From Verrucomicrobiota bacterium (GTDB lineage: Bacteria; Verrucomicrobiota; Verrucomicrobiia; Limisphaerales; CANJXF01), in NCBI GenBank assembly GCA_038214755.1, contig JBBQRQ010000005.1:1-64000 (forward strand): a stretch of DNA of 64,000 nucleotides, in the 5' to 3' direction. Each line of letters begins with the position of its first letter. Within the stretch, counting starts at the first letter, position 1. The position numbers and the translations under genes were made by a program. Below are positions 54,140-63,872 of the stretch, in pieces. The notes beneath the pieces are model-generated. The model saw only the letters and a list, made by a program, of their open reading frames with translations, was not told the DNA's origin and ran no database searches.

Positions 54140-54372
54140 TCTTCATCCTCCAGCATCCTTTTTACGTCATCGTTGGTTAGCGGCTTGCCCCCGACCACCA
54201 CCAGATCGCCATTTTTTCGGCGCACAAGTCGCGGTTGAAATTGTTTATCCCTCGCCGGCTTCATCCGGCGCAAAATCAGAACATCTTCGCTTTGAGGTTC
54301 AATTTGAATCACATCGCCCGCCGCGAACGGATTCAAAACCGCTCTTTTTTTTGCATCAAGTGTGGTTGTCAT
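53884..54372 (-). CDS. AbrB/MazE-like antitoxin; core ~78 aa, now reading through into the toxin region
   Basis: MTTTLDAKKRAVL..GDVIQIE..LILRR..LTNDDVKRMLEDE, directly upstream of the PIN gene. Confidence 0.6.
   Translation of the reverse strand: MTTTLDAKKRAVLNPFAAGDVIQIEPQSEDVLILRRMKPARDKQFQPRLVRRKNGDLVVVGGKPLTNDDVKRMLEDEECFWPTATCSLLKRGLRGETRNAESGLFHSALRTSRVAFVFSDSAFRVPRSAFLRILCCKSESPHLSDHRIKSRARAHAERAGWR
53978..54091. repeat. GGAACGC/GCGTTCC heptamer hairpin with 17-bp perfect ends
   Basis: cggagaaacgcggaacg ... cgttccgcgtttctccg. Confidence 0.88.
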
Positions 54373-54465
54373 ACGGGGATAATCCCACACGCTTTATTTT
54401 ACCGCAAGAGTTCTCCAAGAGCCGCTGGCTGGATTTGTTTCGTTACCGATTCGCACGTGGGGCGC

Positions 54466-54628
54466 GGGTAGCACCTGTCTCCGGCGGGTGCGTGAAGACG
54501 TGCCCTTCGATGTTGGATGTTCAGTGTTCGATGTTCGATGTTAAAAATTAAAAAAACATCGAACATCGAACATCCAACACTGAACATCGAAAGAACGATT
54601 TCGCACCCGCCGGAGGCAGATGCTACCC
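54466..54628. repeat. Family A REP pair enclosing CGATGTT/AACATCG arms
   Basis: gggtagcacctgtctccggcgggtgcg..(cgatgtt)n..(aacatcg)n..ttcgcacccgccggaggcagatgctaccc. Confidence 0.9.
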
Positions 54629-54632
54629 GTTG

Positions 54633-57600
54633 TTACGGCGCGACTCCCACTCGATAAAACTGCGTCTCGTTATTGGGATTGGGCGCGGTAAATTCAATCA
54701 CACCGCCCGTGCCCGCAATAGTGCCAGAGATCGTTGTCCAATTGGTGCTCAACATGGAGCCGGAACTTTGGACGACATATTGTTTGGCGGAAACCGTTGG
54801 CCAACTGAGTTTGACTCCGCTCGGCGATTTTTTCAAATCGGACAAAGCGAGTTTGGAATGTCTGTCGTTCGGGTCGGTGCCCGCCTGAAATTCCTGCGAA
54901 TTATTCATGCCATCACCATCGGCATCGGCGTTGGCGGCGGAGAGGAGATTGTTGGAAACGCTCCCGAAATGTTTCAAGCGCCACGAATCAGGAATTCCGT
55001 CGCCCATGCTGGAAACAGAGCGGTCAGAAATGGTGAGCACACCTTTTTGCAATGCCTGCGGGAAAATTCCCAAACCATTGGGCGAAGCCGAGGCGTGATC
55101 GAATTCGATGGAGTAAGCGGCATTGGCGGGAGTGTTGGCCGGCACCGTTACGGTCAAAGTGCCGACGTTGTTGGTGCCAAAAATTCCGGCGAAATTTCGA
55201 TTGAGCCATGCGCCGGCATAATTGTTGGCCGACTTGGAATCTGAAAACGCGGGCTGGCCCAAAACAGAATTGAATTGAACGGACACGACTGCGGGCGAAT
55301 TTTCCAGCGGCTTGACCCTGAGATTCAACAACGCCAGACGAACGGCCATTGTGCCTTTGATTTCCGCGCGAATGGGGATGGAGATCGTTCGGTTGGTTCC
55401 GGCGACGACATCGTTGGCGACGAATTTTACGAAAGGCGGTTCGCCCGTGTTTGGATCCATTGGGTAATCAAATTTGGCGGCGGATTTGGCCGCTGGATAA
55501 ACGTTGGGAACCTGGATGGCGTTGAGCACGCCGTTGCTCCAATAGCGGGCATACCATTTCAAAGTCGGGTCGAGCGAGCGGCGGTAAGTGACATACACGT
55601 CATCGATCGCCAACATGCCATCGCCAAAAAGAATACTGTCAATGAAGGTGTCATCCTTGTTGAGCAAATTGGTGGCAGTCCCGGGAGAGGCATCCATCAC
55701 ATCCAAGAAATCCGATCCTGCAAACGGCGTGTTCAATGAATAAACAGCGGATTGAAAAATTTGCATAATGTCGCTGTTCAAAATGTAGCCGTCGCCGAAG
55801 TCGCCGGCATTGACCCAGCGAAAGGGCAGCGAATCACCCACCACATATTTACGGCTGCCGGAGTTATCGACTTTGATTTGTTTGATGGCGTTGATGGCAC
55901 CCGCGGCCAACGAGCCGTTGTGGGGCGTTTGAATGCCGAGCGGGGTCTGGATGCCATCGGTGGTTCCCGATGGGCGTCCGATTTCCACTTGATAAGTATT
56001 ATCCTGGGCAGCGGTGATGGGGATGTTGAATCCATAAGCGCCCCACAGAACTTTTCCGCCGGTCGGGCCGTTATAAACCAGATTGTGGGCCATGGAGAAC
56101 GCCGTTAAATCCTGCGAGAGCGTGTTGTACAAATTGGTTTCACCGTAGCGTTCGTTCCAGGCCAGCGTCATCAGGCGCGGAAAGGAATCAAAGAAATTCG
56201 GGTAGATCGGCGTGTAGGTGGGCGGAGAACTTCCTTCGATGGGTTTCAAGACTCTCGGTAAAAAATACGGAAGCGGGCCCACGGCAGGAGCAGCGCCGAG
56301 GTTCGTCAAAGATAAAGTAAATTGGAACGAATAAATTTTTTGGTTGGGCACGGACAACGATGTGACTGGCGCAAAAAAAGTTTGACCCGCCGCGCCAATA
56401 AAATCACTGGACGACTCGCCGCTGGCAAAACCGAAGCTGATGCTGTTGGTCTGGTTTATCGAGACGCCGTTGGACACGACCGTTAAAACCGCGTCGGCAC
56501 TGGTGGTTATCCCCGCTGTGTTGCTGACTTTGACTTTGTAAATCCCGGCGTCCGTAGTGCTGACACCGCCGATGGAAAATACATTTGTGTTCGCGCCGGG
56601 AAGATTCACGCCGTTGAAAACCCATTGGTAATTCAGATTCGCTCCCGTCGCCACGACGCTAAAAGTCACACTCGAACCGGCGGCCACCGCCTGGCTTTGC
56701 GGTTGGGTGGTGATCGCCGGAAGTCCACTGCCGCCGCCGCTCTCGCCTGTCCCGGAAAGATTCGCCCCGGTCACTTCGCGCAGCAGGTGATAAAAATATT
56801 CCGTCACGAAAAGCAATCCATTGGTGGAAACCGTCACGGCGACCGGCTCGCGCGCCGCGGCGACATTCGTGCCTCCGTCGAGCCAGCCGGGAAAATATGT
56901 GGAATCCCATTGACTCGGATCCACTCCGTACACCGTGCTGACCGCTCCGGCCTGCGTCATCGAACGCACCCGATGATTCCCGCGATCCGCGATGACCAGG
57001 ACGCCGCTGGGCGCTCGGGTGATTCCGTGCGGCTGATTGAATTTTGCCTGGCTGTTGGTGCCGTCGGCGAAGCCAGCGGTGAACCCGCCGGCGAGCAAAG
57101 TATTATTTCCGTTGGCCGGATCTAAAACGCGGATGGAATTATTTCCCGTGTCACTGATCGCGAGAAACCCGTTGTCCAAAAGCGCGATTCCTTTCGGTTG
57201 ATTGAACCCGCTGCCGACCTGGGTTTTAATTCCGCTCTGAGTAATTTTTTGCACCGTGCCATCCAGTTGTGTCACAAAAATGTTGGAGCTGTTATCGAGC
57301 GCGAAGGCGGTCGGGTTGACCAGGGTCGTGGTGAAAACATTCGTCGTCGTTTTGTTGGCATCATACTTCCGCAACTTTCCTTCGGTCTGCGTCAAGACAT
57401 ACAAATTATTCGCGCCGTCCACCACCACACCGACCGGCCGGCTGTTGGCGGGCAACGTCAGGTATGTCGTCGCTTGACTGTTGGCTGTGTCACCGGCCTG
57501 CGAAATTTTACGGATCAAATTATTTGTCTTGTCCGCCAGATAAAGATTGCCCGCTGAGTCGAGAGCGAGGCTGGAAGGTCCGTTGAATTGAGAAGCGGTA

Positions 57601-57782
57601 AATGTGTTCCCATTCGCGTTGCCGTACGACTTGGGATTGGACTGCGTCGGTCCGCCGCCAATGGTATCCACCACCACTTCGCCCAGCGCTGCGCTGGCCA
57701 AAAGCGATACCGCGACAGGAATCAAACTGAGCCGCGCCAGAATTTTCAGACGCGCCAGGAATTTTTTTTGTAAAGTTTGCAT
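54633..57782 (-). CDS. Large secreted protein: NHL propeller + Ig domain + cohesin/dockerin-like region + TSP3-like Ca motif + C-terminal beta domain
   Basis: Signal peptide; FNGPSSLALDSAGNLYLAD and FNQPHGIT NHL repeats; PAITTQPQSQAVAAGSSVTFSV Ig; DADGDGMNNSQEFQAGTDPND; ends QFYRVGVAP. Confidence 0.8.
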   Translation of the reverse strand: MQTLQKKFLARLKILARLSLIPVAVSLLASAALGEVVVDTIGGGPTQSNPKSYGNANGNTFTASQFNGPSSLALDSAGNLYLADKTNNLIRKISQAGDTANSQATTYLTLPANSRPVGVVVDGANNLYVLTQTEGKLRKYDANKTTTNVFTTTLVNPTAFALDNSSNIFVTQLDGTVQKITQSGIKTQVGSGFNQPKGIALLDNGFLAISDTGNNSIRVLDPANGNNTLLAGGFTAGFADGTNSQAKFNQPHGITRAPSGVLVIADRGNHRVRSMTQAGAVSTVYGVDPSQWDSTYFPGWLDGGTNVAAAREPVAVTVSTNGLLFVTEYFYHLLREVTGANLSGTGESGGGSGLPAITTQPQSQAVAAGSSVTFSVVATGANLNYQWVFNGVNLPGANTNVFSIGGVSTTDAGIYKVKVSNTAGITTSADAVLTVVSNGVSINQTNSISFGFASGESSSDFIGAAGQTFFAPVTSLSVPNQKIYSFQFTLSLTNLGAAPAVGPLPYFLPRVLKPIEGSSPPTYTPIYPNFFDSFPRLMTLAWNERYGETNLYNTLSQDLTAFSMAHNLVYNGPTGGKVLWGAYGFNIPITAAQDNTYQVEIGRPSGTTDGIQTPLGIQTPHNGSLAAGAINAIKQIKVDNSGSRKYVVGDSLPFRWVNAGDFGDGYILNSDIMQIFQSAVYSLNTPFAGSDFLDVMDASPGTATNLLNKDDTFIDSILFGDGMLAIDDVYVTYRRSLDPTLKWYARYWSNGVLNAIQVPNVYPAAKSAAKFDYPMDPNTGEPPFVKFVANDVVAGTNRTISIPIRAEIKGTMAVRLALLNLRVKPLENSPAVVSVQFNSVLGQPAFSDSKSANNYAGAWLNRNFAGIFGTNNVGTLTVTVPANTPANAAYSIEFDHASASPNGLGIFPQALQKGVLTISDRSVSSMGDGIPDSWRLKHFGSVSNNLLSAANADADGDGMNNSQEFQAGTDPNDRHSKLALSDLKKSPSGVKLSWPTVSAKQYVVQSSGSMLSTNWTTISGTIAGTGGVIEFTAPNPNNETQFYRVGVAP

Positions 57783-57822
57783 AAGATCAAAGCGATGATG
57801 TGACTGAAACTTTTATTCTGTT

Positions 57823-59463
57823 TTATTCTGTGCCGCTCTTCGGGAAATATTGCGGCTTGACCGGTTTCGTCCAGTCCACTGGCGTACCCGAGTCCCAGGC
57901 GGACCATTTCTCGTCGGTGTGTTCTTCCATTTTACGATGGAGAAACTGACTGCTCTTGTCGTTCGGTTGAAAATCCGTGTTTTGAATAATCGTCGGCGTG
58001 ACGAAGATCACGAGATCGCGTTTGTCGCGGGCTTTTTCGTCCTTGCGGAACAAAAGTCCGATGCCGGGCAAGTCGCCCAGGAGAGGAACTTTGGTGAAGG
58101 CCTTGGAACTGTTGTCCTGGCGCAATCCGCCGAGCACGAGAGTGTAGCCGCTGGGAATCATGGCCTGGGTTTGCAGCTTGCGACGGCTGAAAATAGGGGA
58201 GGAAGTTGTCTGGCCTTGCAAGGTCACGGTTTCATCAGCCGCCTCTTTGTTGGAGATTTCCGGACGTAAATCCAGGAACACATTCGAGACGCCGAAGATG
58301 CGCGGCGTGACGAGTAATTTTATGCCGACTTCATTCAAAATCGTGCCATTGGGGCCGGCCAATAAATAATTCGGTTTGACCGTATTCGGGTTCACGCCAC
58401 CACCGACATTGGCGCCTTGTTGTTGTTCAAATATTGGAATGTTACGCACCACCGACAATTCCGTTGGAACGTTTTCCAGGGTAACGGCTCGCGGCGTGGC
58501 GATCGATTTCGTATCCGCATCGCTGTTCAAAAATGACAGCGCGACTTTAACCCCGTCCGCGTTCAGGAAAAATGTGGATGGACTCAAGCCCGCCATAGTG
58601 TTGGCCGAGATTCCCGGCGGCACTCCGCCGACCAAAGTATCAAACGCGGAAGTCGTCGAAGAACCCGTGGTGGAGGTCGGGCGACCACCCGGAGTTGTCC
58701 CCGTGCTGGTCGTTGTTGGCGCGGTCGTGTGGAGCGCTCCGCTGGTCACGCCATTTCCGAAAGTGATGTTTTGTTTCGACAACGTATCGGTCCAATCGAT
58801 GCCTTTGCTCGTGCGAGGATTCTGGTTGATTTCCAGGAAGCGCGCTTCGATCAAAATTTGTTTGGTCTGAGTATCGAGCTTGGCGATGAGCGATTCGACT
58901 TCGAGCAATTCGCGCTCGGTGGCGGAGACGACCAGTTGACTGGTGCGAATGTCCGGCACGACCCGGCCGCGAGTAGAAATGGTGTTGGTCAAGACCGAGG
59001 CCAGATTCGTCGGGCTGGCGTAATTGAGCAGAAAAACTTTGGTCAACAGCGGTTCCAACGCGGCGGCATCCTTCATCGTGATGCGCACGATTTTGGTTTT
59101 CGGATCTTTGGCCATCTGCAAGTTATAATTTTCCAACAGCGCCACGAGCGCTTCGGACGCCGTGACATTTTCCCAGCGAAAGGAGACGGTCGGTTGCGGC
59201 GGAATCTTTCCCGTGGCGTCGGGCGGCAGGTTGATAATTTTCGGGTCGAATTGAAAATTGATTCCCGCTTGGCGCGCCAGCGTCTTGATGGCATCGGGCA
59301 ACGGCGCTTCATCGATCTGGATGAGCGGCACGATTTCGTTGACGCCATCGGCGGGCGCGACAATGACAACATTCGTGGTGTCGGAATTGGTGATGGTCTG
59401 CGCCTGGCCCAGCGCCGTGCTGAGCGCCATGACGGCAGTTAAGATTAGGATTTTGATTTTCAT
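57823..59463 (-). CDS. pilQ: Secretin (PilQ/GspD family)
   Basis: QILIEARFLE, GIDW, PRAVTL, VGIKLLVTPRI, TLVLGGL, KVPLLGDLPGIGLLF and LVIFVTPTI motifs. Confidence 0.9.
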   Translation of the reverse strand: MKIKILILTAVMALSTALGQAQTITNSDTTNVVIVAPADGVNEIVPLIQIDEAPLPDAIKTLARQAGINFQFDPKIINLPPDATGKIPPQPTVSFRWENVTASEALVALLENYNLQMAKDPKTKIVRITMKDAAALEPLLTKVFLLNYASPTNLASVLTNTISTRGRVVPDIRTSQLVVSATERELLEVESLIAKLDTQTKQILIEARFLEINQNPRTSKGIDWTDTLSKQNITFGNGVTSGALHTTAPTTTSTGTTPGGRPTSTTGSSTTSAFDTLVGGVPPGISANTMAGLSPSTFFLNADGVKVALSFLNSDADTKSIATPRAVTLENVPTELSVVRNIPIFEQQQGANVGGGVNPNTVKPNYLLAGPNGTILNEVGIKLLVTPRIFGVSNVFLDLRPEISNKEAADETVTLQGQTTSSPIFSRRKLQTQAMIPSGYTLVLGGLRQDNSSKAFTKVPLLGDLPGIGLLFRKDEKARDKRDLVIFVTPTIIQNTDFQPNDKSSQFLHRKMEEHTDEKWSAWDSGTPVDWTKPVKPQYFPKSGTE

Positions 59464-59484
59464 AAATTTTCTGACTAAGATTTT

Positions 59485-59937
59485 TTAGGAGTCACGTAAC
59501 CGCAGTTCTTTTTTCTCCGAATTTCCTTCCATGGAAATGACCACGGAATTTTCCCGAATTTCCCAGCAATGGACTTTGATGAGAGCAAGGCCCACTTTCA
59601 CGGTGGCGGTTTCGCCCACCCCGATGGTTTGATTGTTGATCAAAGCGAAACGGCGATTTTTCAGGCCGGAAATTCCTTTCAACGCCAGTTGCGTAATGGG
59701 AGCGACGACCGGTTGGTCGGGAGAAGGGGGTCGTTCGGCGCGCCGGGTTGATTTCGGATAGAACGGATCTTTTCCAATTTTTGCGTCATCGATGAAGATG
59801 GATTTCGGGACAACGACCTCGACGGGAGCGGCATTGGTTTCGGTCGCCGCGCCAAAAGTGGAGGACGGCGCCAGGCAGACTGCGCTGATCGCCAGAATCT
59901 TATTTAAATTTTTCAAATACGTTTTCATTACTTTCAT
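59485..59937 (-). CDS. PilP/GspC-like periplasmic protein
   Basis: Lies between pilO and the secretin; GKDPFYP..LALKGISG..RRFALINN pattern. Confidence 0.6.
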   Translation of the reverse strand: MKVMKTYLKNLNKILAISAVCLAPSSTFGAATETNAAPVEVVVPKSIFIDDAKIGKDPFYPKSTRRAERPPSPDQPVVAPITQLALKGISGLKNRRFALINNQTIGVGETATVKVGLALIKVHCWEIRENSVVISMEGNSEKKELRLRDS

Positions 59938-59938
59938 T

Positions 59939-60517
59939 TCATTGGCCGGTGGGCCTGATCAGCGCGACAATTTCAAATTTAAAATTCAGTTGCTCTACCT
60001 CGTCTCCGATTGCTTTGGTCGCGGGCGCGAGTTCTAAATTCTGCACCCGCGCATAAGGAAAGCTGTTCTCGAACTCAGCTAGAAACTTGCCAAGTTCGCT
60101 GTAGTGGCTGACTCCCTTGACGGGAAAAGTGGCGGCGCTGTAGGGGAACTTCGGCAAGACGCCAACGTTTCCGATAAGCTCGCGCTGAAAATCCAAAATC
60201 GACACCTGCCGCGTGGCGTTAAAACGATTGATCGTGTTGATGAACCATAAATAAACATCTCCGGAAGCCATCCCTTCTTCGATGGTCTCGAGCGATTTTG
60301 TTTCCGCATCTAAAGTCGCTTCGATTTCTCCGGCGCGTTTCAAAAGATGTTCGGCGTTTGCCACTTTATCCTTCATCTCCAGGGTCTTTTGTTGCACACC
60401 GGCCAGGCTGCTGTATTGCGTTTGAATCACCAAATACCAGAGTCCAGCCACGACCGCTGCGACGCCGGCCAGCACCAAACCGATTTGTTGTTTCTTTGCT
60501 TTGGAAATTTTATTCAT
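59939..60517 (-). CDS. pilO: PilO-like type IV pilus assembly protein
   Basis: TM + coiled coil + YSELGKFLAEFEN ferredoxin-like motif; operon position. Confidence 0.7.
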   Translation of the reverse strand: MNKISKAKKQQIGLVLAGVAAVVAGLWYLVIQTQYSSLAGVQQKTLEMKDKVANAEHLLKRAGEIEATLDAETKSLETIEEGMASGDVYLWFINTINRFNATRQVSILDFQRELIGNVGVLPKFPYSAATFPVKGVSHYSELGKFLAEFENSFPYARVQNLELAPATKAIGDEVEQLNFKFEIVALIRPTGQ

Positions 60518-61190
60518 GGCGGCGAATCTCCGGAAATTGCATCTCCAACGTGAACGAGACAAACGGGCTGCTCGCGCCGTTTGGGTCCAGGGAGGGTTTG
60601 GACAAACTGGTCAAACGCAGCGCGTCGCTTTTGGCGAAGTTCGTTTGGAACGACGGGAACTTCGCAATCGCTTCTTTCAACTTGCTGTAGTTCTGCCCGG
60701 ATGGATTCCAATCTTTGGCTTCCAACGTGATCGCAATTTTTTCCACCGCCGCCGCCGGCTTGCTGGGAACAACTTTGTTGGCATTGGTTTTGGCCGCGAC
60801 GGGTTCGATGTAGGTAAAGGTCTGGTCCGTTTTCAGCCGGACCGCCTGCACTTGATCCACCACCGTTTGTTGCAAGGCATTTAAAGTCGAACCCCACAGA
60901 AAACGATTCGTCGAAAGCCGGTGCAATACGGAAAGTTTGCGCTCGACGGCCCCGGTTTTTTTCAAATCATCCGTCACGCCCGCGTGTTTTTTCTCAATCG
61001 CCTTCCAGTGCGCGTCGTGTTTGGAAAATTCAGATTTCGCGGTGACGATCCGGGCCTGGATGATCAAACACCAGGTCAACACCAACGAGATCACCAGACC
61101 GCCGACCCACAAACTGCGCTTCACCGGATCGCGTCGGCGCAACTCTTCCGCGGCTTGCGCGTCGGCCAGGAGATTGATGCAAATTGGCAT
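60510..61190 (-). CDS. pilN: PilN-like type IV pilus assembly protein
   Basis: N-terminal INLL motif, TM helix, coiled coil, RFLW..LNAL. Confidence 0.75.
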   Translation of the reverse strand: MPICINLLADAQAAEELRRRDPVKRSLWVGGLVISLVLTWCLIIQARIVTAKSEFSKHDAHWKAIEKKHAGVTDDLKKTGAVERKLSVLHRLSTNRFLWGSTLNALQQTVVDQVQAVRLKTDQTFTYIEPVAAKTNANKVVPSKPAAAVEKIAITLEAKDWNPSGQNYSKLKEAIAKFPSFQTNFAKSDALRLTSLSKPSLDPNGASSPFVSFTLEMQFPEIRRHE

Positions 61191-61205
61191 AAAGAAATGA
61201 GTTGG

Positions 61206-62333
61206 TTAAAATAAACTCGCGGCCGCGCCCAGGACGACGGCCAGTTGCGGCGCCACTTGTTCCATTTCGCCCGCTTGTTGCGGCGGCAACGCCACGTCTA
61301 AAAACGACGCCGGGTTCCACTTCGTGCAGGCCACCATCAAATCAGCTTGCAAATGGTGCGTGATGAAGTCCGAGCGACCCCCGCCGCCGGAGATAAAAAC
61401 CTCCGTCACCGTTTTTTCCTGTTGATGCTCGAAGAAATCCATAGAGGCGCGAAGCTCGCGCCCAAGCGGTGAAAGCAGCGGCTGCAGACTGGATTCAACT
61501 TCCGTCGGCATGCCCAATTTGATTCCCTCCGCCTCGACGTAACTGATGCCAAGCGCCTCTGAAAGTCCGGTCGTGATTTTATCGCCGCCGATGGCCAGCA
61601 CGCGGCTCAAGGCAAGTTCTCCCTGGCACAAAATATTGATGGTGGTGTTTTTGAAACCGATATCGACCAGCGCCACGATATCCTTGGCAAAACGGACGGG
61701 GAAAACTTTTTCAAACGCATTGACCGGCCCCAGCGCGCTGAGCGTGATCTGATCGGCGACCAGCCCCGCCAGCCGGGCCGCTTTTTGCAAATCGTTTACC
61801 ACCTGATTTTTTGCGCCCCCGACCCACACTCTGCTTTTGGGCGCGCCTTTGGCCACTTCGGTTTTTGTCGCGACGCGATCCGGTAAAAGCGAACAATCGA
61901 AAACGTGATCGGCCAGTTCCTGTTGTAAATAAGTTTTGGTGTTGAACTTGAGCATCAGCCTTATTTCCGCCACGGGAATTTGCGGAAGTTCCGCGCTGCG
62001 CAAAATCGTGTCGGAAATGCCGGCGACCAAGGTGACCACATTTGTCTTGGGAGCGAGAAGTTGGGTGATGGCGCGGAGATGTTCGCCGAGCAATTCGGGC
62101 GAAGGGATTTTTTCGTAAATCGGCGCGTCTTGAATCGCGTAGCGCACTAAACTGAATTTGTCACCCGTGCGCTGGAGGTAAACGGCCTTGGTCGTGCGGC
62201 TGCCCAGATCAATCGCGACGATGTGGTCGCGTCTGGAATTTTTTTTGCCGAAGAAGGGCAGGCTGCGTTTTTTTTCTAGTTGCGCTGTGTTCACCGGACA
62301 CGGCAATAGCAACTCGCAGGCCGAGTTTCTCAA
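61206..62333 (-). CDS. pilM: PilM actin-like pilus assembly protein (start uncertain, possibly GTG at 62294)
   Basis: VAIDLGSRTTKAV, ALVDIG..TTINI, IGGDKIT and VFISGGG motifs. Confidence 0.88.
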   Translation of the reverse strand: MRNSACELLLPCPVNTAQLEKKRSLPFFGKKNSRRDHIVAIDLGSRTTKAVYLQRTGDKFSLVRYAIQDAPIYEKIPSPELLGEHLRAITQLLAPKTNVVTLVAGISDTILRSAELPQIPVAEIRLMLKFNTKTYLQQELADHVFDCSLLPDRVATKTEVAKGAPKSRVWVGGAKNQVVNDLQKAARLAGLVADQITLSALGPVNAFEKVFPVRFAKDIVALVDIGFKNTTINILCQGELALSRVLAIGGDKITTGLSEALGISYVEAEGIKLGMPTEVESSLQPLLSPLGRELRASMDFFEHQQEKTVTEVFISGGGGRSDFITHHLQADLMVACTKWNPASFLDVALPPQQAGEMEQVAPQLAVVLGAAASLF

Positions 62334-62489
62334 ACCAGCGAATGTCGCCGCGAACTTCGAGAAATTAGTCGCAAATCAAATAAAAAGTTGTCCCATGTTT
62401 CGACAACCAGGTAAAAAAAACAAGCAATGGAAGTCCAACGCGGGGGAGCATCTGCCTCTGGCGGGTGCGGAGGTTTTCTTTTGAAGGTT

Positions 62490-62670
62490 CGGGATTTGAA
62501 AATCCGAAATCCGATTCTCGAAATCCGAAAGAAATCCGAAATCCGAAGACCGAAAACTCCGTGCCACCAGCGCACGGAAAAAAGGTTTTATAACCCAGAA
62601 AATTCTGCGGCACTTTCGGGTCTTCGGCCTTCGGATTTCTTTCGGATTTCGAGAATCGGATTTCGGATTT
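62490..62670. repeat. AAATCCG/CGGATTT heptamer-array hairpin
   Basis: aaatccgaaatccgattctcgaaatccgaaagaaatccgaa ... ttcggatttctttcggatttcgagaatcggatttcggattt (near-perfect inverted arms). Confidence 0.9.
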
Positions 62671-63334
62671 AAGTCCCAGCTTCTTCCGGCTGCTTCCCTT
62701 CCTCCGGCTCCGGAGATTTTTCGGTCTCTTCGCTCCTCTCTTCCAACTTCATCGCGGCGACAAATAATCCGGTGAACAATCCGCCGCTCAAAAGGGTGTT
62801 TCGAAAAAATTCCCACGTGTGCGGCCAACCCGGCGTGCCGACGGTCAACGCCTGAATCAAACCCGCAAAATTTTTTGGATAATCAGGCAGTTGCAGCCAC
62901 GCCGCCGTGTTGGTGACCAGATAAAAAATAATTGCGGCCAACATGCCGCCCCCGAGCAATTTCCACCAACGGAACGCCGATCTCCTGATCGGCACCCGGA
63001 GAAATTGATTTTGCCGATCAGGAGATCGGCGTTCCGGCGACGAGGCCCGCGCTGAAAATTTTGTGCCCAGCCAGATGATAAGGGCGAACGCCAAATAATT
63101 TCCGAGCATCGAAATATGAAATGCGCTGACGTGAAAAAAAAAAGAATTGATCAAAATGTCCGTCGTCAAAAGCGCGCCGAGTGGAATCCACCACGCCAGC
63201 CGTTTTGGTAAATAAACCCCGGCGCAAAAAGCAATGGCGTAGGCCGCGCTGAAATTTTGCGGCATCAACCCCGGCCAGCGGCTCAACGAAAAAACCGCCA
63301 GCAAAACCAGCGGTAGAATATTTTTTGCCTTCAC
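62669..63334 (-). CDS. DUF6580-like putative transporter/membrane protein
   Basis: GTG start; PQNFSAAYAIAFCAGVYL, IFYLVTNTAAW and FFRNTLLS..LF patterns. Confidence 0.7.
   Translation of the reverse strand: MKAKNILPLVLLAVFSLSRWPGLMPQNFSAAYAIAFCAGVYLPKRLAWWIPLGALLTTDILINSFFFHVSAFHISMLGNYLAFALIIWLGTKFSARASSPERRSPDRQNQFLRVPIRRSAFRWWKLLGGGMLAAIIFYLVTNTAAWLQLPDYPKNFAGLIQALTVGTPGWPHTWEFFRNTLLSGGLFTGLFVAAMKLEERSEETEKSPEPEEGKQPEEAGT
62970..63036. repeat. GGAACGCCGATCTCCTGATCGGC REP pair in frame in the DUF6580-like gene
   Basis: Inverted pair. Same family intergenic at 63505-63580, 53593-53617 and (diverged) 36508-36580. Confidence 0.9.
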
Positions 63335-63389
63335 GGAAAAATCATACGCCGCGCTCCGGTGATGACAAGCTTGCGAAAACTGCGAAGAC

Positions 63390-63860
63390 AACATCGAACA
63401 TCGAACAGTTTTTTGAAACCAGGATTGTAGCCGCCGACGTGAGGAGGCGGACTGGCTTTCTGAAAGTTCCGTCAAGAAAGGAATCAGTCCGCCTATCCAC
63501 GACGCCGGAACGCCGATCTCCTGATCGGCCCGGCGCTAGCAGCATTTCCTCCGAGCCGATCAGGAGATCGGCGCTCCTACCGCGTCGTGGCCGCGATGCC
63601 CGGTTGCAGACCGAGGCGCTTCTCCTCACGTCGGCGGCTACATTATTTCGAACATCGAACATCGAATAACCAATTCACTTCGCACCCGCCGGAGGCAGAT
63701 GCTACCCGCGAAAGCTGTAACTTCGTCGGAAAAAATTTCGGTCGGGTAGCATCTGCCTGCGGCGGGTGCGAAAACTTTCGATGTTCGATGTTTTTTCATT
63801 TTTGATCCCGGCAATTCTTCTTTTCGAGGTTCGGCGTTGAATGTTCGATGTTCGGTGTTC
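63390..63860. repeat. Composite repeat island: nested REP pairs, two family A REPs and AACATCG/CGATGTT arrays
   Basis: A GCCGACGTGAGGAGG pair (63427-63642) encloses a GCCGATCTCCTGATCGGC pair. Family A copies at 63679-63707 and 63744-63773. Confidence 0.85.
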
Positions 63861-63872
63861 ACTGTCAGTTCG

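Noticed and set aside
62551..62566. Sigma54 promoter for pilM (TGGCACGGAGTTTTCG on the minus strand)
   Set aside because: It lacks the -12 GC and lies inside a repeat hairpin.
63335..63870. Riboswitch upstream of the DUF6580-like transporter
   Set aside because: The region is accounted for by REP pairs and heptamer arrays; no riboswitch consensus recognised by eye (an Rfam scan would settle it).
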